Of a stretch of 64,000 nucleotides of DNA, positions 38,851 to 49,202 are shown piece by piece; position 1 is the first letter of the stretch, and every line of letters starts with the position of its first letter. This DNA is from Calditrichales bacterium (GTDB lineage Bacteria; Calditrichota; Calditrichia; Calditrichales; J004), in assembly GCA_965267575.1 (NCBI GenBank), contig OZ254086.1, forward strand, positions 3,712,001 through 3,776,000, written 5' to 3'. The translations under genes were made by a program, and so were the position numbers. The notes below the pieces were generated by a model, which made no database searches, was not told the origin of the DNA, and saw only the letters and a list, made by a program, of their open reading frames with translations.

Positions 38851-40212
38851 TCAGTGAGTTCCCAAAAATTCAATCAAATCGATCTTGGTCAGGATATCGA
38901 CAATTTTTCCGTTTTCCTGAACGAGAACGGCACTTTCTCCATTTTTAATTTTGCTGACCGCCTCCTGGATCGCCGCATCCTTTTGCAGAACGGTAACATG
39001 CGTCTGCACCATATTCACGATCGGATCATGCAAGCCGGCGCTGCCTTGTGTAAGGTGCTGTAAAATGGCGTTTTCCGTAATCAGCCCGATAAATTCACCC
39101 TCATCGATCACCGGCATTTGCGAAATGTTGTGCTTTTTGAGCTTGTCAATCACTTCCTTCACCGAGCTTTGACTATTTGTTGTTTCGAGCTGCCGGCCGT
39201 TACGACTTACGTCGCCGACCGAGCCGTGCATACTGCTTTGCATATAGCCCTTATCGCGCATCCACTCATCGCTGAAGAATTTGGACATATAGCGAAAACC
39301 CGTGTCGGGCAGAATGGTAACAATCTTTTTATCCGGCGGTAAGCTGTTGGCTACCTGCAAAGCGCCCCAAACCGCGGCGCCACTGGAACCACCGGCGAAT
39401 ATGCCTTCCTTTTGTGCCAGCGCCCGGGCCACTTCAAAACCGTCTTTGTCCGATACCTGGATAATGTCATCCACAACATTAAAATCCATGGCGTCCACCA
39501 TCATGTCTTCACCAATGCCTTCAAGCTGATAAACGTGCGGTTCACCCGGTTTGCCTTTTTTAAAGTAGTCGTAAAAAACAGAGCCTTCCGGATCCACGGC
39601 GATTACTTTTATTTTGGGATTCTTTTCCTTGAGATAGCGCGCCGTTCCGCTGAGCGTGCCACCCGTACCGATACCGGCCACCAGGTAATCGATGTCACCG
39701 TCCATTTGCTCCCATATCTCCGGGCCGGTGGTTTTGTAATGCGCTTCGGGATTAGCCGCGTTATTGTACTGGTTAACGTAGAATGAATTTTCGGTGCCTT
39801 TATAGATTCTTTTTGCTGTTTCATAATAGCTTTGCGGGGATTCCGCGGGAACGTTGGTCGGGGTGACCACCACTTTGGCGCCAAAAGATTTCATAAAATT
39901 GATTTTTTCGCTGCTCATTTTGTCGGGGATGGTAAAAATCGCCTTGTAATCTTTAACAGCGGCAACCATTGCCAGGCCAGCGCCGGTGTTTCCGGAGGTA
40001 TTCTCTACAATCGTGCCCCCGGGCTTTAGCTCTTTTTCTTCTTCCGCTTTATTAATGATGTGCAGGGCAATGCGGTCTTTAATGCTTCCGGCGGGATTGA
40101 GATACTCCAGCTTAGCGTAAATGGCTGCGTGTTTGTCCGAACCCAGCCGGTTAAGTTTAACAATAGGTGTATTGCCAATTAATTCAAGAATATTGTTATA
40201 GACATTTTTCAT
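38851..40212 (-). CDS. Cystathionine beta-synthase (PLP enzyme with C-terminal CBS pair)
   Basis: KLEYLNPAGSIKDR, TSGNTG, GTGGT, EGIGED, SQMPV CBS domain. Confidence 0.88.
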   Translation of the reverse strand: MKNVYNNILELIGNTPIVKLNRLGSDKHAAIYAKLEYLNPAGSIKDRIALHIINKAEEEKELKPGGTIVENTSGNTGAGLAMVAAVKDYKAIFTIPDKMSSEKINFMKSFGAKVVVTPTNVPAESPQSYYETAKRIYKGTENSFYVNQYNNAANPEAHYKTTGPEIWEQMDGDIDYLVAGIGTGGTLSGTARYLKEKNPKIKVIAVDPEGSVFYDYFKKGKPGEPHVYQLEGIGEDMMVDAMDFNVVDDIIQVSDKDGFEVARALAQKEGIFAGGSSGAAVWGALQVANSLPPDKKIVTILPDTGFRYMSKFFSDEWMRDKGYMQSSMHGSVGDVSRNGRQLETTNSQSSVKEVIDKLKKHNISQMPVIDEGEFIGLITENAILQHLTQGSAGLHDPIVNMVQTHVTVLQKDAAIQEAVSKIKNGESAVLVQENGKIVDILTKIDLIEFLGTH

Positions 40213-40337
40213 AAGCAGCTCCATATTTGAAAAGTTTGTAATGTAAATAAAAACCAACCAATAGATGCAAATTAATCATCCCGATTTGTTGATATAATTG
40301 ACTCACACCTGTAAGTTTACGCCTTTATAAAATCCAT

Positions 40338-41570
40338 GTGGATATTTTATCCTTGAATAAAACATACGATCTGATCATTGTTGGCGCCGGGCCTGCCGGT
40401 ACGAGTGCCGCTCTTTACGCCAGGCAACACGGCCTTTCCGCGTTGCTTTTGGAAAAAGAAAGTTTCCCGCGTGATAAAATTTGCGGCGACGCCATTTCCG
40501 GCAAATCGATGACGATCCTCCAGGAGCTTGGCCTACTGGATGAAGTTCAGAAACTGCCGGGCGCGTTGATCGAATCGATCCTGTTTGGCAGCCCCGCCAG
40601 CTATTTCACGCAAATAGGTTTAATGGGGGACAAGCGCAAAGGTGTTCCGTCGGGTCTGGTTATTCGCCGCGAAATATTCGATACCTTTCTTTTTAATAAA
40701 GCTTCCGAAACATGCGACACTCTGCAAAATTTCAAAGTGCGCGACATCGAGATTGATGACGACAGTGTTAAGGTTAGCGGTGTTGACAGCAGCGGCGGTA
40801 ACCGGGCTTTTAGCGGCAGGATCGCCATTGGCGCCGACGGCTTTAATTCAATCATCGCCCGCAAAATGGGCCTTTACCGCCATGAACCCGAGCACTGGGT
40901 GGTAGCGCTGCGTCAGTATTGGCGTAATGTGGAGATGACCGGCGACTGCATTGAGATCCACTACACAAAAACGACGCAGCCGGGCTATTTCTGGATTTTT
41001 CCATTGGAAAACGGAATGGCCAACGTTGGTGTCGGTATGCTGCATAAAACGATCAAAGAAAAAAATATTGATCTTAAAGACGTACTCAAGCAGACCATAA
41101 ACTCCCAGGATTTTGCCGCAAGGTTTAAAAATGCTGAAAAGCTCGAAGAACCGCGCGGCTGGAATCTGCCTGTTGGCAGTACACACCGCATTAACCACGG
41201 CAAGCGCTTTATGCTGCTGGGCGACGCGGCCGGACTGATCGATCCCTTTACGGGGGAAGGTATCGGGAACGCGCTTTTCTCTGCAAAATATGCCGTGGAG
41301 ACGGCTGCCGCCGCCATTAAGCAAAATGACTTTAGTATGGCAAAACTGGCCGTGTACGACAAACTTATCTGGGACAGGCTGGGCAACGAGCTCTCCGTAA
41401 GCACGCGTTTGCAAAAGGTCGGGCGCATAAAACTGCTGCTGGATTTTGTGATCGGCAAGGCGCAGCGCAATCCGGAAGTGCGCGACATCATTAGCGGCAT
41501 GATGAGCAACGCCATTCCCAAGAAACAGCTGGCTAATCCGCTGTTTTACCTAAAACTTCTGTTTACCTAA
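40338..41570 (+). CDS. Geranylgeranyl reductase family FAD oxidoreductase
   Basis: GAGPAG, RDKICGD, ADG, GYFWIFP, GDAAGLIDPFTGEGI. Confidence 0.88.
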   Translation: MDILSLNKTYDLIIVGAGPAGTSAALYARQHGLSALLLEKESFPRDKICGDAISGKSMTILQELGLLDEVQKLPGALIESILFGSPASYFTQIGLMGDKRKGVPSGLVIRREIFDTFLFNKASETCDTLQNFKVRDIEIDDDSVKVSGVDSSGGNRAFSGRIAIGADGFNSIIARKMGLYRHEPEHWVVALRQYWRNVEMTGDCIEIHYTKTTQPGYFWIFPLENGMANVGVGMLHKTIKEKNIDLKDVLKQTINSQDFAARFKNAEKLEEPRGWNLPVGSTHRINHGKRFMLLGDAAGLIDPFTGEGIGNALFSAKYAVETAAAAIKQNDFSMAKLAVYDKLIWDRLGNELSVSTRLQKVGRIKLLLDFVIGKAQRNPEVRDIISGMMSNAIPKKQLANPLFYLKLLFT

Positions 41571-41582
41571 AAAGGGGTTACC

Positions 41583-43238
41583 ATGCGTATTTTGATTATT
41601 GGAATCATAACGTTTGCCATAACTATTTCCTGCACGACACAAGAGAAAAACCAAAAGGTACAAGAAATGGATGAAAAGCTGGCACAGTTTGCACCCGTGG
41701 CCGTAAGCTATGATTCAAGTCTGCTTGATGAGCGTCAAAAAGTCGTTGTGGAAAAGCTGTACCAGGCAGCGCTTATCATGGATGAGCTGTTTCTTGAGCA
41801 GGTTTACTCGGGCAACAGGGCAATAAAAGCCGAGCTGCAGCAAAAGGATGATCCTTATCATCAGAAAGCGCTGGAATATTTCAACATCATGTTCGGGCCT
41901 TTTGACCGTCTAGAAGAAAATGAGCCGTTTTACGGCGAGGCTGTTAAACCGCTGGGCGCCAATTTTTATCCAGAAGATATGTCGCGCGAAGAGTTTGAGC
42001 AGTGGCTTAAAGACAATCCGCAGGACAGCAGCGCCTTTATGGGCACCTTTACCATAGTCCGCCGCCAAGGCGACAAGCTCGTTGCTGTTCCGTATTCTGA
42101 AGCTTATGGCGAACAACTGCAAAAAGCGGCAAGCTTACTGCGCGAAGCCGCCGAATACGCCGACAACCCTACTCTGAAAACGTATCTGGAAACCCGCGCC
42201 GATGCCTTTTTGAGCAACGACTATTTTGAAAGCGACATGGCCTGGATGGACCTAAAGGACCATACGATCGAGATTGTTATCGGGCCATATGAAGTATATG
42301 AAGACGCCTTATTCAATTACAAAGCCGCCTTTGAGTGTTTCCTTACCCTGCGTGATCCGGAAGAGAGCGCCAAGCTGGCCCGTTTCGCCTCCTACCTGAA
42401 TGACATGGAGGCCAATTTGCCGATCAGCGAGGAGCATAAGAATTTTGACCGCGGCAGCGAATCGCCCATTGTCGTGGTTAATGAAGTCTTTTCAGCCGGC
42501 GACACCAAAGCGGGTGTACAGACTTTGGCTTTTAACCTGCCCAACGACGAGCGTGTGCGCGAAGCCAAAGGCTCTAAAAAAGTGATGTTAAAAAACATCC
42601 ATAAAGCCAAATTTGAAAAACAAATGCTGCCCATTGCTGAGATTGTCTTGAGTGCAGAGGACGCCAAAAACGTTACATTTGATGGCTTTTTTAATCATAC
42701 ATTGATGCATGAGATGAGCCACGGCATCGGGCCGGGTGTCATTGAAAAGAACGGTAAAAAGACGGAAGTAAAGATCGAGTTGAAAGAGACATACTCCACG
42801 TTCGAGGAATGCAAAGCGGATATTCTCGGGATGTACAATAACATTTTTATGATCGAAAAAGGGGAGTATGCGCCGGAATTTGAGAATGAGATCTGGTCTA
42901 CTTTTCTGGCCGGTGTTTTTCGCTCCATCCGTTTTGGCATTAATGAAGCCCACGGGGGCGGCAATGCCATGATCTTCAACTATATGCTGGAAAAAGGTGC
43001 TTACAACTTTGACCCTGAAACGGAAAAAGTATCGGTTAATCGCGAAACGGTTTACGATGTGCTGACGGAAATGGCCCGTGACGTATTGCTGATTCAGGCC
43101 ACGGGCGATTATCAGGGCGCGCGTGCGTTTATGGCCAAATATGCGGTGGACAGCCCTGTGCTGATTACCATGCGTGAAAAAATGAAATCCATACCCGTTG
43201 ATATTAAACCGGTGTTCGATATTGAAGAAAACAGATAA
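41583..43238 (+). CDS. Peptidase M49 (dipeptidyl peptidase III) lipoprotein
   Basis: Lipobox-like TISC; AFNLPND, HEMSH, EECKAD. Confidence 0.85.
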   Translation: MRILIIGIITFAITISCTTQEKNQKVQEMDEKLAQFAPVAVSYDSSLLDERQKVVVEKLYQAALIMDELFLEQVYSGNRAIKAELQQKDDPYHQKALEYFNIMFGPFDRLEENEPFYGEAVKPLGANFYPEDMSREEFEQWLKDNPQDSSAFMGTFTIVRRQGDKLVAVPYSEAYGEQLQKAASLLREAAEYADNPTLKTYLETRADAFLSNDYFESDMAWMDLKDHTIEIVIGPYEVYEDALFNYKAAFECFLTLRDPEESAKLARFASYLNDMEANLPISEEHKNFDRGSESPIVVVNEVFSAGDTKAGVQTLAFNLPNDERVREAKGSKKVMLKNIHKAKFEKQMLPIAEIVLSAEDAKNVTFDGFFNHTLMHEMSHGIGPGVIEKNGKKTEVKIELKETYSTFEECKADILGMYNNIFMIEKGEYAPEFENEIWSTFLAGVFRSIRFGINEAHGGGNAMIFNYMLEKGAYNFDPETEKVSVNRETVYDVLTEMARDVLLIQATGDYQGARAFMAKYAVDSPVLITMREKMKSIPVDIKPVFDIEENR

Positions 43239-43239
43239 T

Positions 43240-44661
43240 ATGATCGCTTTTGGCGGAAAAAGAGCTAAAATCGTTTGCACCATCGGGCCGGCATCTCAGA
43301 ACGAGAAGATGCTCGAAGAGCTGGCTTTGGCCGGAATGGACGTGGCGCGGCTCAATTTTTCGCACGGTACACACCAATCGCATCTGAAGAGCATTAACCT
43401 TATCCGCAAAGTCTCTCAAAAAACGGGCAAGCCGATTGCCATCCTGATCGACCTGCAGGGACCCAAGATCCGTATCGGTACTTTCAGGGAAGGGCCGGTG
43501 ACTCTCAACCAGGGCGACCGTTTCACGATTACAACGGAGAACGTGCCGGGCGACCAGCACCAGGTAAGCACGGGCTACACACACCTGCCAAAAGACGTTA
43601 AAGCCGGCGATCGTATTCTGATTAATGACGGTCTGATACAGCTTCAGGTGATTAAAACCGACAATGTACGCATCGAGACGGAAGTGGTCATTGGCGGTAT
43701 TTTGTATGATCGCAAAGGGATCAATCTGCCGGGGGTTGTTATATCCGAGCCTTCATTGACGGAGAAAGACAAAAAGGATCTGCTGTTTGGCCTTAAAAAC
43801 GGCGCCGATTATGTAGCGCTTTCTTTTGTGCGTGACGCGCGCAGTATTCGCGGGCTGAAAGAATTTATGGGAAAAGAGGCGATTCCGGTTGTGGCCAAGC
43901 TTGAAAAACCCGAGGCCATCAACAATCTTGATGATATACTTGCCGAAAGTGACGTGGTGATGGTGGCGCGGGGCGATTTGGGTGTTGAAATATCTCCGGA
44001 AAAAGTGCCGGCCGTTCAAAAAATGATCATTGAAAAGTGCCAGTATATGGGCGTACCGGTTATTACGGCAACGCAAATGCTGGATTCCATGATGAATAAT
44101 CCCGTGCCAACGCGCGCGGAAGCCTCCGATGTGGCCAACGCCATTTATGACGGAACCGACGCCGTTATGCTCTCCGGGGAAACGGCCTTTGGCAAATACC
44201 CGCTGCAATCGGTAAAAATGATGAGCGCGATTATAGAGCAATCGGAAAAGACGGATTACAGCCGCGTAAACCTGGAAAATATGATCAGGAAAAAGCCGCT
44301 ATCCAGCTCACGCTCCATTTGTCACGTGGCAACGGTGTGCGCCGAAGAGATCGGTGCAAAGTACATTGTGGTTTTTACCGAATCCGGCTTTACGGCAAAG
44401 ATCATGTCTAAATACAGGCCCGATGTACCTGTACTGGCCCTGACGCGCCACGCCCGAACGCTGAATAAGCTGGCGCTGTTCTGGGGCGCAGTGCCTTCAA
44501 AAATAGAGCAGCAGATCAGTATTATGACCGATTTAACCGATCTGGAAAATCATCTAAAAAAGGCACGTCTAGTAAAGAGCGGCGACAAACTGGTGATCAT
44601 TGCCGGTTCTTCGCTGGAAGAAGGCGCGACGAACATGCTGCGCCTGCACCGTGTTTTGTAA
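43240..44661 (+). CDS. pyk: Pyruvate kinase
   Basis: KIVCTIGP, RLNFSHG, DLQGPKIR, MVARGDLGVE, MLSGETA. Confidence 0.97.
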   Translation: MIAFGGKRAKIVCTIGPASQNEKMLEELALAGMDVARLNFSHGTHQSHLKSINLIRKVSQKTGKPIAILIDLQGPKIRIGTFREGPVTLNQGDRFTITTENVPGDQHQVSTGYTHLPKDVKAGDRILINDGLIQLQVIKTDNVRIETEVVIGGILYDRKGINLPGVVISEPSLTEKDKKDLLFGLKNGADYVALSFVRDARSIRGLKEFMGKEAIPVVAKLEKPEAINNLDDILAESDVVMVARGDLGVEISPEKVPAVQKMIIEKCQYMGVPVITATQMLDSMMNNPVPTRAEASDVANAIYDGTDAVMLSGETAFGKYPLQSVKMMSAIIEQSEKTDYSRVNLENMIRKKPLSSSRSICHVATVCAEEIGAKYIVVFTESGFTAKIMSKYRPDVPVLALTRHARTLNKLALFWGAVPSKIEQQISIMTDLTDLENHLKKARLVKSGDKLVIIAGSSLEEGATNMLRLHRVL

Positions 44662-44678
44662 GGAGCTGATCTGCCGCA

Positions 44679-45650
44679 GTGTATTTGTTATCTGTTCCCG
44701 AATCGAATGATCCTTCCTTTAATCTCGCTGTAGAGGAATTCGCCGTCCGAAACCTCGATTTATCCAAAGACTATTTTTTCGTTTACGAGGATGCCCCTGC
44801 CGTTGTCATCGGAAAACACCAGAACCCGTTTGTGGAAATAAACCTGGCATACTGCCGGAAAAATCAAATTCCTCTCTACAGGCGCATTTCCGGCGGCGGC
44901 ACGGTTTATCACGGTCCGGGTAATATCAATTTTACATTTTTTACAAAAAACACGGAAAGCGTCTACAACAATTATCGCCGCTTTCTGGAGCCGATGGTGA
45001 AATTGTTGCGGGACATGGGCGCAGACGTCGAAATAAATGAGCGCAACGATCTTGTTATCGATGGAAAGAAAATATCGGGGAACGCACAGTTTACCAGCAG
45101 AGACCGCCTGCTGTGCCATGGTACGCTTTTGTTTGACAGCGACCTGGATGTGTTAAGACAGAGTTTACGTGCAGCAGCAGTGGATATCGAAACGCGTGCC
45201 ACAGCTTCGGTGCGCAGCAGCGTCACAAACGTCATGCCCCATCTTTCATCCCGTATGGATATTACACAATTTAAAGAGAGGCTCATCAGGGCCGTGCTTG
45301 GCTACTTTGGTGATGAAAAAACTTTTTCTCTTAGAGAAGATCAAATGGAGGCGCTCAATAAACTTCGTGGTGAAAAATTTAGCACCTGGGAATGGAATTG
45401 GGGGTTAACGCCAAAATTTAAAGTAAAGCTTGAAAATAAGGCGTTTGGGTTAATTCATGTGAATGTCGAAAACGGGCGCATTCAGACAATTGAGACGAAA
45501 AACGCTTCCGGCAACAAGGATATGCTGCGGCTTTTTGCCTCCATGGGGGAAACGCAGTACACGCCAGAGGCTATTGACCGGACGCTTACGGAACGATTTG
45601 TCCCGCAGAAAATGCGTGATCAGATCGTTTCTTTTATTTACCCGTTTTGA
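44679..45650 (+). CDS. lplA: Lipoate-protein ligase A
   Basis: NLAVEE, RRISGGGTVYH, KKISGNAQ, HGTLL, SVRSSV. Confidence 0.92.
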   Translation: MYLLSVPESNDPSFNLAVEEFAVRNLDLSKDYFFVYEDAPAVVIGKHQNPFVEINLAYCRKNQIPLYRRISGGGTVYHGPGNINFTFFTKNTESVYNNYRRFLEPMVKLLRDMGADVEINERNDLVIDGKKISGNAQFTSRDRLLCHGTLLFDSDLDVLRQSLRAAAVDIETRATASVRSSVTNVMPHLSSRMDITQFKERLIRAVLGYFGDEKTFSLREDQMEALNKLRGEKFSTWEWNWGLTPKFKVKLENKAFGLIHVNVENGRIQTIETKNASGNKDMLRLFASMGETQYTPEAIDRTLTERFVPQKMRDQIVSFIYPF

Positions 45651-45662
45651 AAAGGAGATCTT

Positions 45663-46382
45663 ATGGATAATCTGACAATAATAACGGGTGGTGGCACAGG
45701 CATTGGCCGGGCCATAGCAACCTATATGGCTGATAAAAATCATAAAGTGCTCATTGCAGGGCGACGCGAAGAGCCATTGCGGGAAACCGCGCAACACAAT
45801 CCTGAGCTGATAAGTTATGTAAGCGCCGATGCAGGCAGCGCAGAAGGACGCCGCAAAATAAGCGATGCCGCCGGAGATAAGACGGTCAAATATCTGGTTC
45901 ACAACGCCGCCATCCTGGGAGACGTGAAGCCGCTGATGGACTACAGTGAAGAAGATTGGGAAACGATCGTTCGCATAAATTTAACCGCTCCTTTATTTCT
46001 TTCACGTGAATTATTGCCGAAGATGGATCACAGCAGGATTTTGCACATTTCTTCCGGCGCGGCACACCACGCCATAAAGAGCTGGGCGGGATACTGCGTG
46101 ACCAAAGCCGGCCTGCACATGCTGTATAGATTATTCAATGAGGAAGTGGATCCCGCAAAAGCCATATGCGGGTCACTGCGGCCGGGCATTGTGGATACGC
46201 CGATGCAGGGAGAAATACGATCGGCCGACTTAAAGCAACATCCGCATCTGCAAAAATTTCATGATCTATATAAAGCGGATAACCTTGTTGACCCCGGTGA
46301 AGTAGCGCAGTTTGTATTTTGGGCGCTTACAAAAGCCGGCGACAAAACATTTACTGAAAAAGAACTTGATATTCGGGATTAG
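45663..46382 (+). CDS. SDR oxidoreductase (benzil/sepiapterin reductase-like)
   Basis: TGGGTGIG, HNAA, ISSGAA, YCVTK, PGIVDTPMQ. Confidence 0.88.
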   Translation: MDNLTIITGGGTGIGRAIATYMADKNHKVLIAGRREEPLRETAQHNPELISYVSADAGSAEGRRKISDAAGDKTVKYLVHNAAILGDVKPLMDYSEEDWETIVRINLTAPLFLSRELLPKMDHSRILHISSGAAHHAIKSWAGYCVTKAGLHMLYRLFNEEVDPAKAICGSLRPGIVDTPMQGEIRSADLKQHPHLQKFHDLYKADNLVDPGEVAQFVFWALTKAGDKTFTEKELDIRD

Positions 46383-46481
46383 CATCACTCAAAAAAAAGA
46401 ATTAATCATTAAATTTTTTATTAAACAAGAATAATACAAAAGTTATACAAGTTACAGTTGAAAATTTTGAGGAGCGCTGCC

Positions 46482-46955
46482 ATGAAATATTGGCTGATGA
46501 AGACAGAGCCCAATACCTATTCATGGGATGATCTGAAAAAAGAGACAAATAAGACAACCTGCTGGGATGGTGTTCGTAATTACCAGGCTCGTAACATGCT
46601 GCGCGATGAGATAAAAAAGGGCGACATGGTTTTTTTCTACCACAGCGTTGTTAATCCTCCCGCCATTGTCGGTATCGCCAGTGTTGAAAAGGGGGGATAT
46701 CCTGATCATACCGCGTTCGATAAGGAGCATCATTATTATGATCCCAAGAGTAATCCCGATGATCCTGTATGGTACATGGTAGACATTAAAGCCGTGCAGG
46801 AATTTGACGTACCCGTCTCCCTTACCGAACTGAAAACGCACCCATCGCTGCAGCAAATGAAACTGCTGCAAAAAGGGAGCCGCCTTTCGGTGCAACCAGT
46901 CCGCCCGATGGAATGGCAGTACATCTGTAATATGAGAAGAATTAAGCCTGTATAA
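46482..46955 (+). CDS. EVE domain protein
   Basis: YWLMKTEP, WDGVRNYQARN, FFYHS, RLSVQPV. Confidence 0.93.
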   Translation: MKYWLMKTEPNTYSWDDLKKETNKTTCWDGVRNYQARNMLRDEIKKGDMVFFYHSVVNPPAIVGIASVEKGGYPDHTAFDKEHHYYDPKSNPDDPVWYMVDIKAVQEFDVPVSLTELKTHPSLQQMKLLQKGSRLSVQPVRPMEWQYICNMRRIKPV

Positions 46956-46966
46956 AGGAAGTATAT

Positions 46967-48031
46967 ATGAGTGGTATAATGAAACCGGCTGTTGAAACGG
47001 GAATTGTAGGTTATGGTGCCTATATACCGGCGTACCGGCTGCCGGCAACCGAGATATCGGCCTTGTGGCGCGATAGCCAGGACCGCGATTTTTTGCCCGT
47101 TAAACAAAAGAGCGTGCCCGGTCCTGATGAAGATACAGCTACCATGTCCATAGAAGCAGCCCAAAACGCCGTACGGCGCGCGGGGATTCCTGCCACGGCC
47201 ATACGAGCGGTATGGGTTGGCTCTGAATCGCATCCTTATGCCGTAAAACCAACGGGCACCATTGTGGCCCAGGCTTTGGGCATTATGCCGGAGACGGTGA
47301 GCGGCGATTTTGAATTTGCCTGCAAGGCCGGGACAGAAGCAATGCAGGCCGCGATAGCTTTCGTTGGCAGCGGAATGGGGCAATACGCCATGGCCATTGG
47401 CATGGATACGGCGCAGGGACGCCCCGGCGATGCCCTGGAGTACACAGCTGCCGCGGGTGGCGCAGCCTACATCATGGGCAGGGGCAGCGAAGCACTGGCG
47501 GTTCTGGAAGGCTCTTACAGCTACATCAGTGATACACCGGACTTTTTCCGCCGCGCTTATCAAAAATTTCCGGAACATGGCAATCGCTTCACCGGCGAGC
47601 CGGGCTATTTCAGCCACATAAAAGCATCAATCTCCACATTAATGGAGCAGCTTAATCACACACCTAAAGATTATAAAGCGATCGCCCTGCACCAGCCTAA
47701 CACTAAATTCCCGCTTAAAGCAGCTAAAGATCTTGGTTTTTCGAAAGAGCAGGTCAGGGATGGTTTGCTGGCCCCGCATATTGGCAATACTTACGCCGGC
47801 GCATCCGTGTTGGGCTTTACCGCCTTGCTGGATAAGGCACAGCCCGGTGACCGCCTGCTGCTGGCCAGTTTCGGTTCCGGCGCGGGCAGCGATGCATTCA
47901 GCTTCGTTGTTACCGATAAAATTAAGGATGCTCGGGAGCGCGCACCGCTGACGCAGAAATATCTGGATCGTGAAATTATCGTCAACTATGGCACCTATGC
48001 CCGTTGGCGCAAAAAAATCAGAATGGATTAG
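46967..48031 (+). CDS. Hydroxymethylglutaryl-CoA synthase, archaeal type
   Basis: VGSESHPYAVKP, EFACKAGT, LEYTAAAGG, RFTGEP, HQPN, IGNTY, SFGSGAGSD. Confidence 0.9.
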   Translation: MSGIMKPAVETGIVGYGAYIPAYRLPATEISALWRDSQDRDFLPVKQKSVPGPDEDTATMSIEAAQNAVRRAGIPATAIRAVWVGSESHPYAVKPTGTIVAQALGIMPETVSGDFEFACKAGTEAMQAAIAFVGSGMGQYAMAIGMDTAQGRPGDALEYTAAAGGAAYIMGRGSEALAVLEGSYSYISDTPDFFRRAYQKFPEHGNRFTGEPGYFSHIKASISTLMEQLNHTPKDYKAIALHQPNTKFPLKAAKDLGFSKEQVRDGLLAPHIGNTYAGASVLGFTALLDKAQPGDRLLLASFGSGAGSDAFSFVVTDKIKDARERAPLTQKYLDREIIVNYGTYARWRKKIRMD

Positions 48032-48039
48032 GGGGAGCC

Positions 48040-49200
48040 ATGCGTAAAGTAGCTATTATAGGTATCGGCCAGACCCCCGTAAATGAACACTGGGGGCTAA
48101 GCCTGAGACAACTGGCGGTTAACGCCCTGTGGAACGCCATGGAAGATGCCGGTACAGACCGGGTAGATGGCTTGTTTGTTGGTAATATGCTGAGCGGCCC
48201 GCTTAGCGATCAGGAACACCTGGGTGCGTTGATTGCCGATTACGCCGCTTTGGAGGATGTGGAAGCCGTGAAGGTGGAAGCCGCCTGCGGTTCCGGCGCG
48301 GCGGCATTGCGCCAGGCCGTTTGGGCGGTAGGCTGCGGACGGCTGGAAAGCGCCGCCGTTGTGGGTGTGGAAAAACTCACCGAATTTAGCGGCCGTTTAA
48401 GCGCCAGCGCGCTGGCTACCGCAGCAGATGCGGACTATGAGTCGGCTGTCGGCCTTAGCTTTGTAGCCATCAACGCGTTGCTGATGCGGCGTTACATCCA
48501 TGAATACGGTGTTTCTAAAAATGATTTTTCTCTGTTCACCATAAACGCGCATAAGAACGCGGCACACAATCCCAACGCCATGTTCCGTAACCCGATTACG
48601 GCTGAACAATACGCAAAAGCCAAAATGATCGCCGATCCGATTAATCTTTTGGACAGCAGTCCGATTGCCGACGGGGCAGCCGCACTGATCGTGGTGCCCT
48701 GGGAAGATATTGGTAAATACAAGGCTCAGGCCACGGAAATACTGGCCTGTGAAATCGGTATGGACAGTATCGCGCTGGATAAAAGAAGCGATTTCCTGCG
48801 TCTGCGCGGCGTTGAACGCAGTGCCGAAAAAGCATACAAGACCGCGGGCGTGTCGCTGACGGATATCGACTTGTTTGAGTTGCACGACGCTTTTAGTATC
48901 ATTTCGGTGCTTTCGCTGGAAGCCAGTGGTTTTGCCGATCGCGGCTCGGCTATTCGCTTTGCCGCGGAAAAAGGTATTGGGATTGACGGGGCCCTGCCTC
49001 TTACCACGATGGGCGGCTTGAAAGGTCGCGGACACCCCGTGGGTGCCACCGGTGTGTATCAGCTTGTAGAAGCTGTTACCCAGTTGCGCGGCGCGGCGCC
49101 CGAAGCAATCCAGGTGGCGGACGCGCGCACGGCCATGGTGCAGAATATTGGCGGAAGTGGAGCCACGGTCATTACAACAATCTTGAAAAAACAGGGTTAA
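48040..49200 (+). CDS. Acetyl-CoA acetyltransferase (archaeal/SCP2-type thiolase)
   Basis: VEAACGSG, ELHDAF, GHPVGATG, QNIGG. Confidence 0.9.
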   Translation: MRKVAIIGIGQTPVNEHWGLSLRQLAVNALWNAMEDAGTDRVDGLFVGNMLSGPLSDQEHLGALIADYAALEDVEAVKVEAACGSGAAALRQAVWAVGCGRLESAAVVGVEKLTEFSGRLSASALATAADADYESAVGLSFVAINALLMRRYIHEYGVSKNDFSLFTINAHKNAAHNPNAMFRNPITAEQYAKAKMIADPINLLDSSPIADGAAALIVVPWEDIGKYKAQATEILACEIGMDSIALDKRSDFLRLRGVERSAEKAYKTAGVSLTDIDLFELHDAFSIISVLSLEASGFADRGSAIRFAAEKGIGIDGALPLTTMGGLKGRGHPVGATGVYQLVEAVTQLRGAAPEAIQVADARTAMVQNIGGSGATVITTILKKQG

Positions 49201-49202
49201 AA

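Noticed and set aside
46432..46460. TACAA(AA)GTT-like short repeats upstream of EVE
   Set aside because: Too short and irregular to distinguish from AT-rich background
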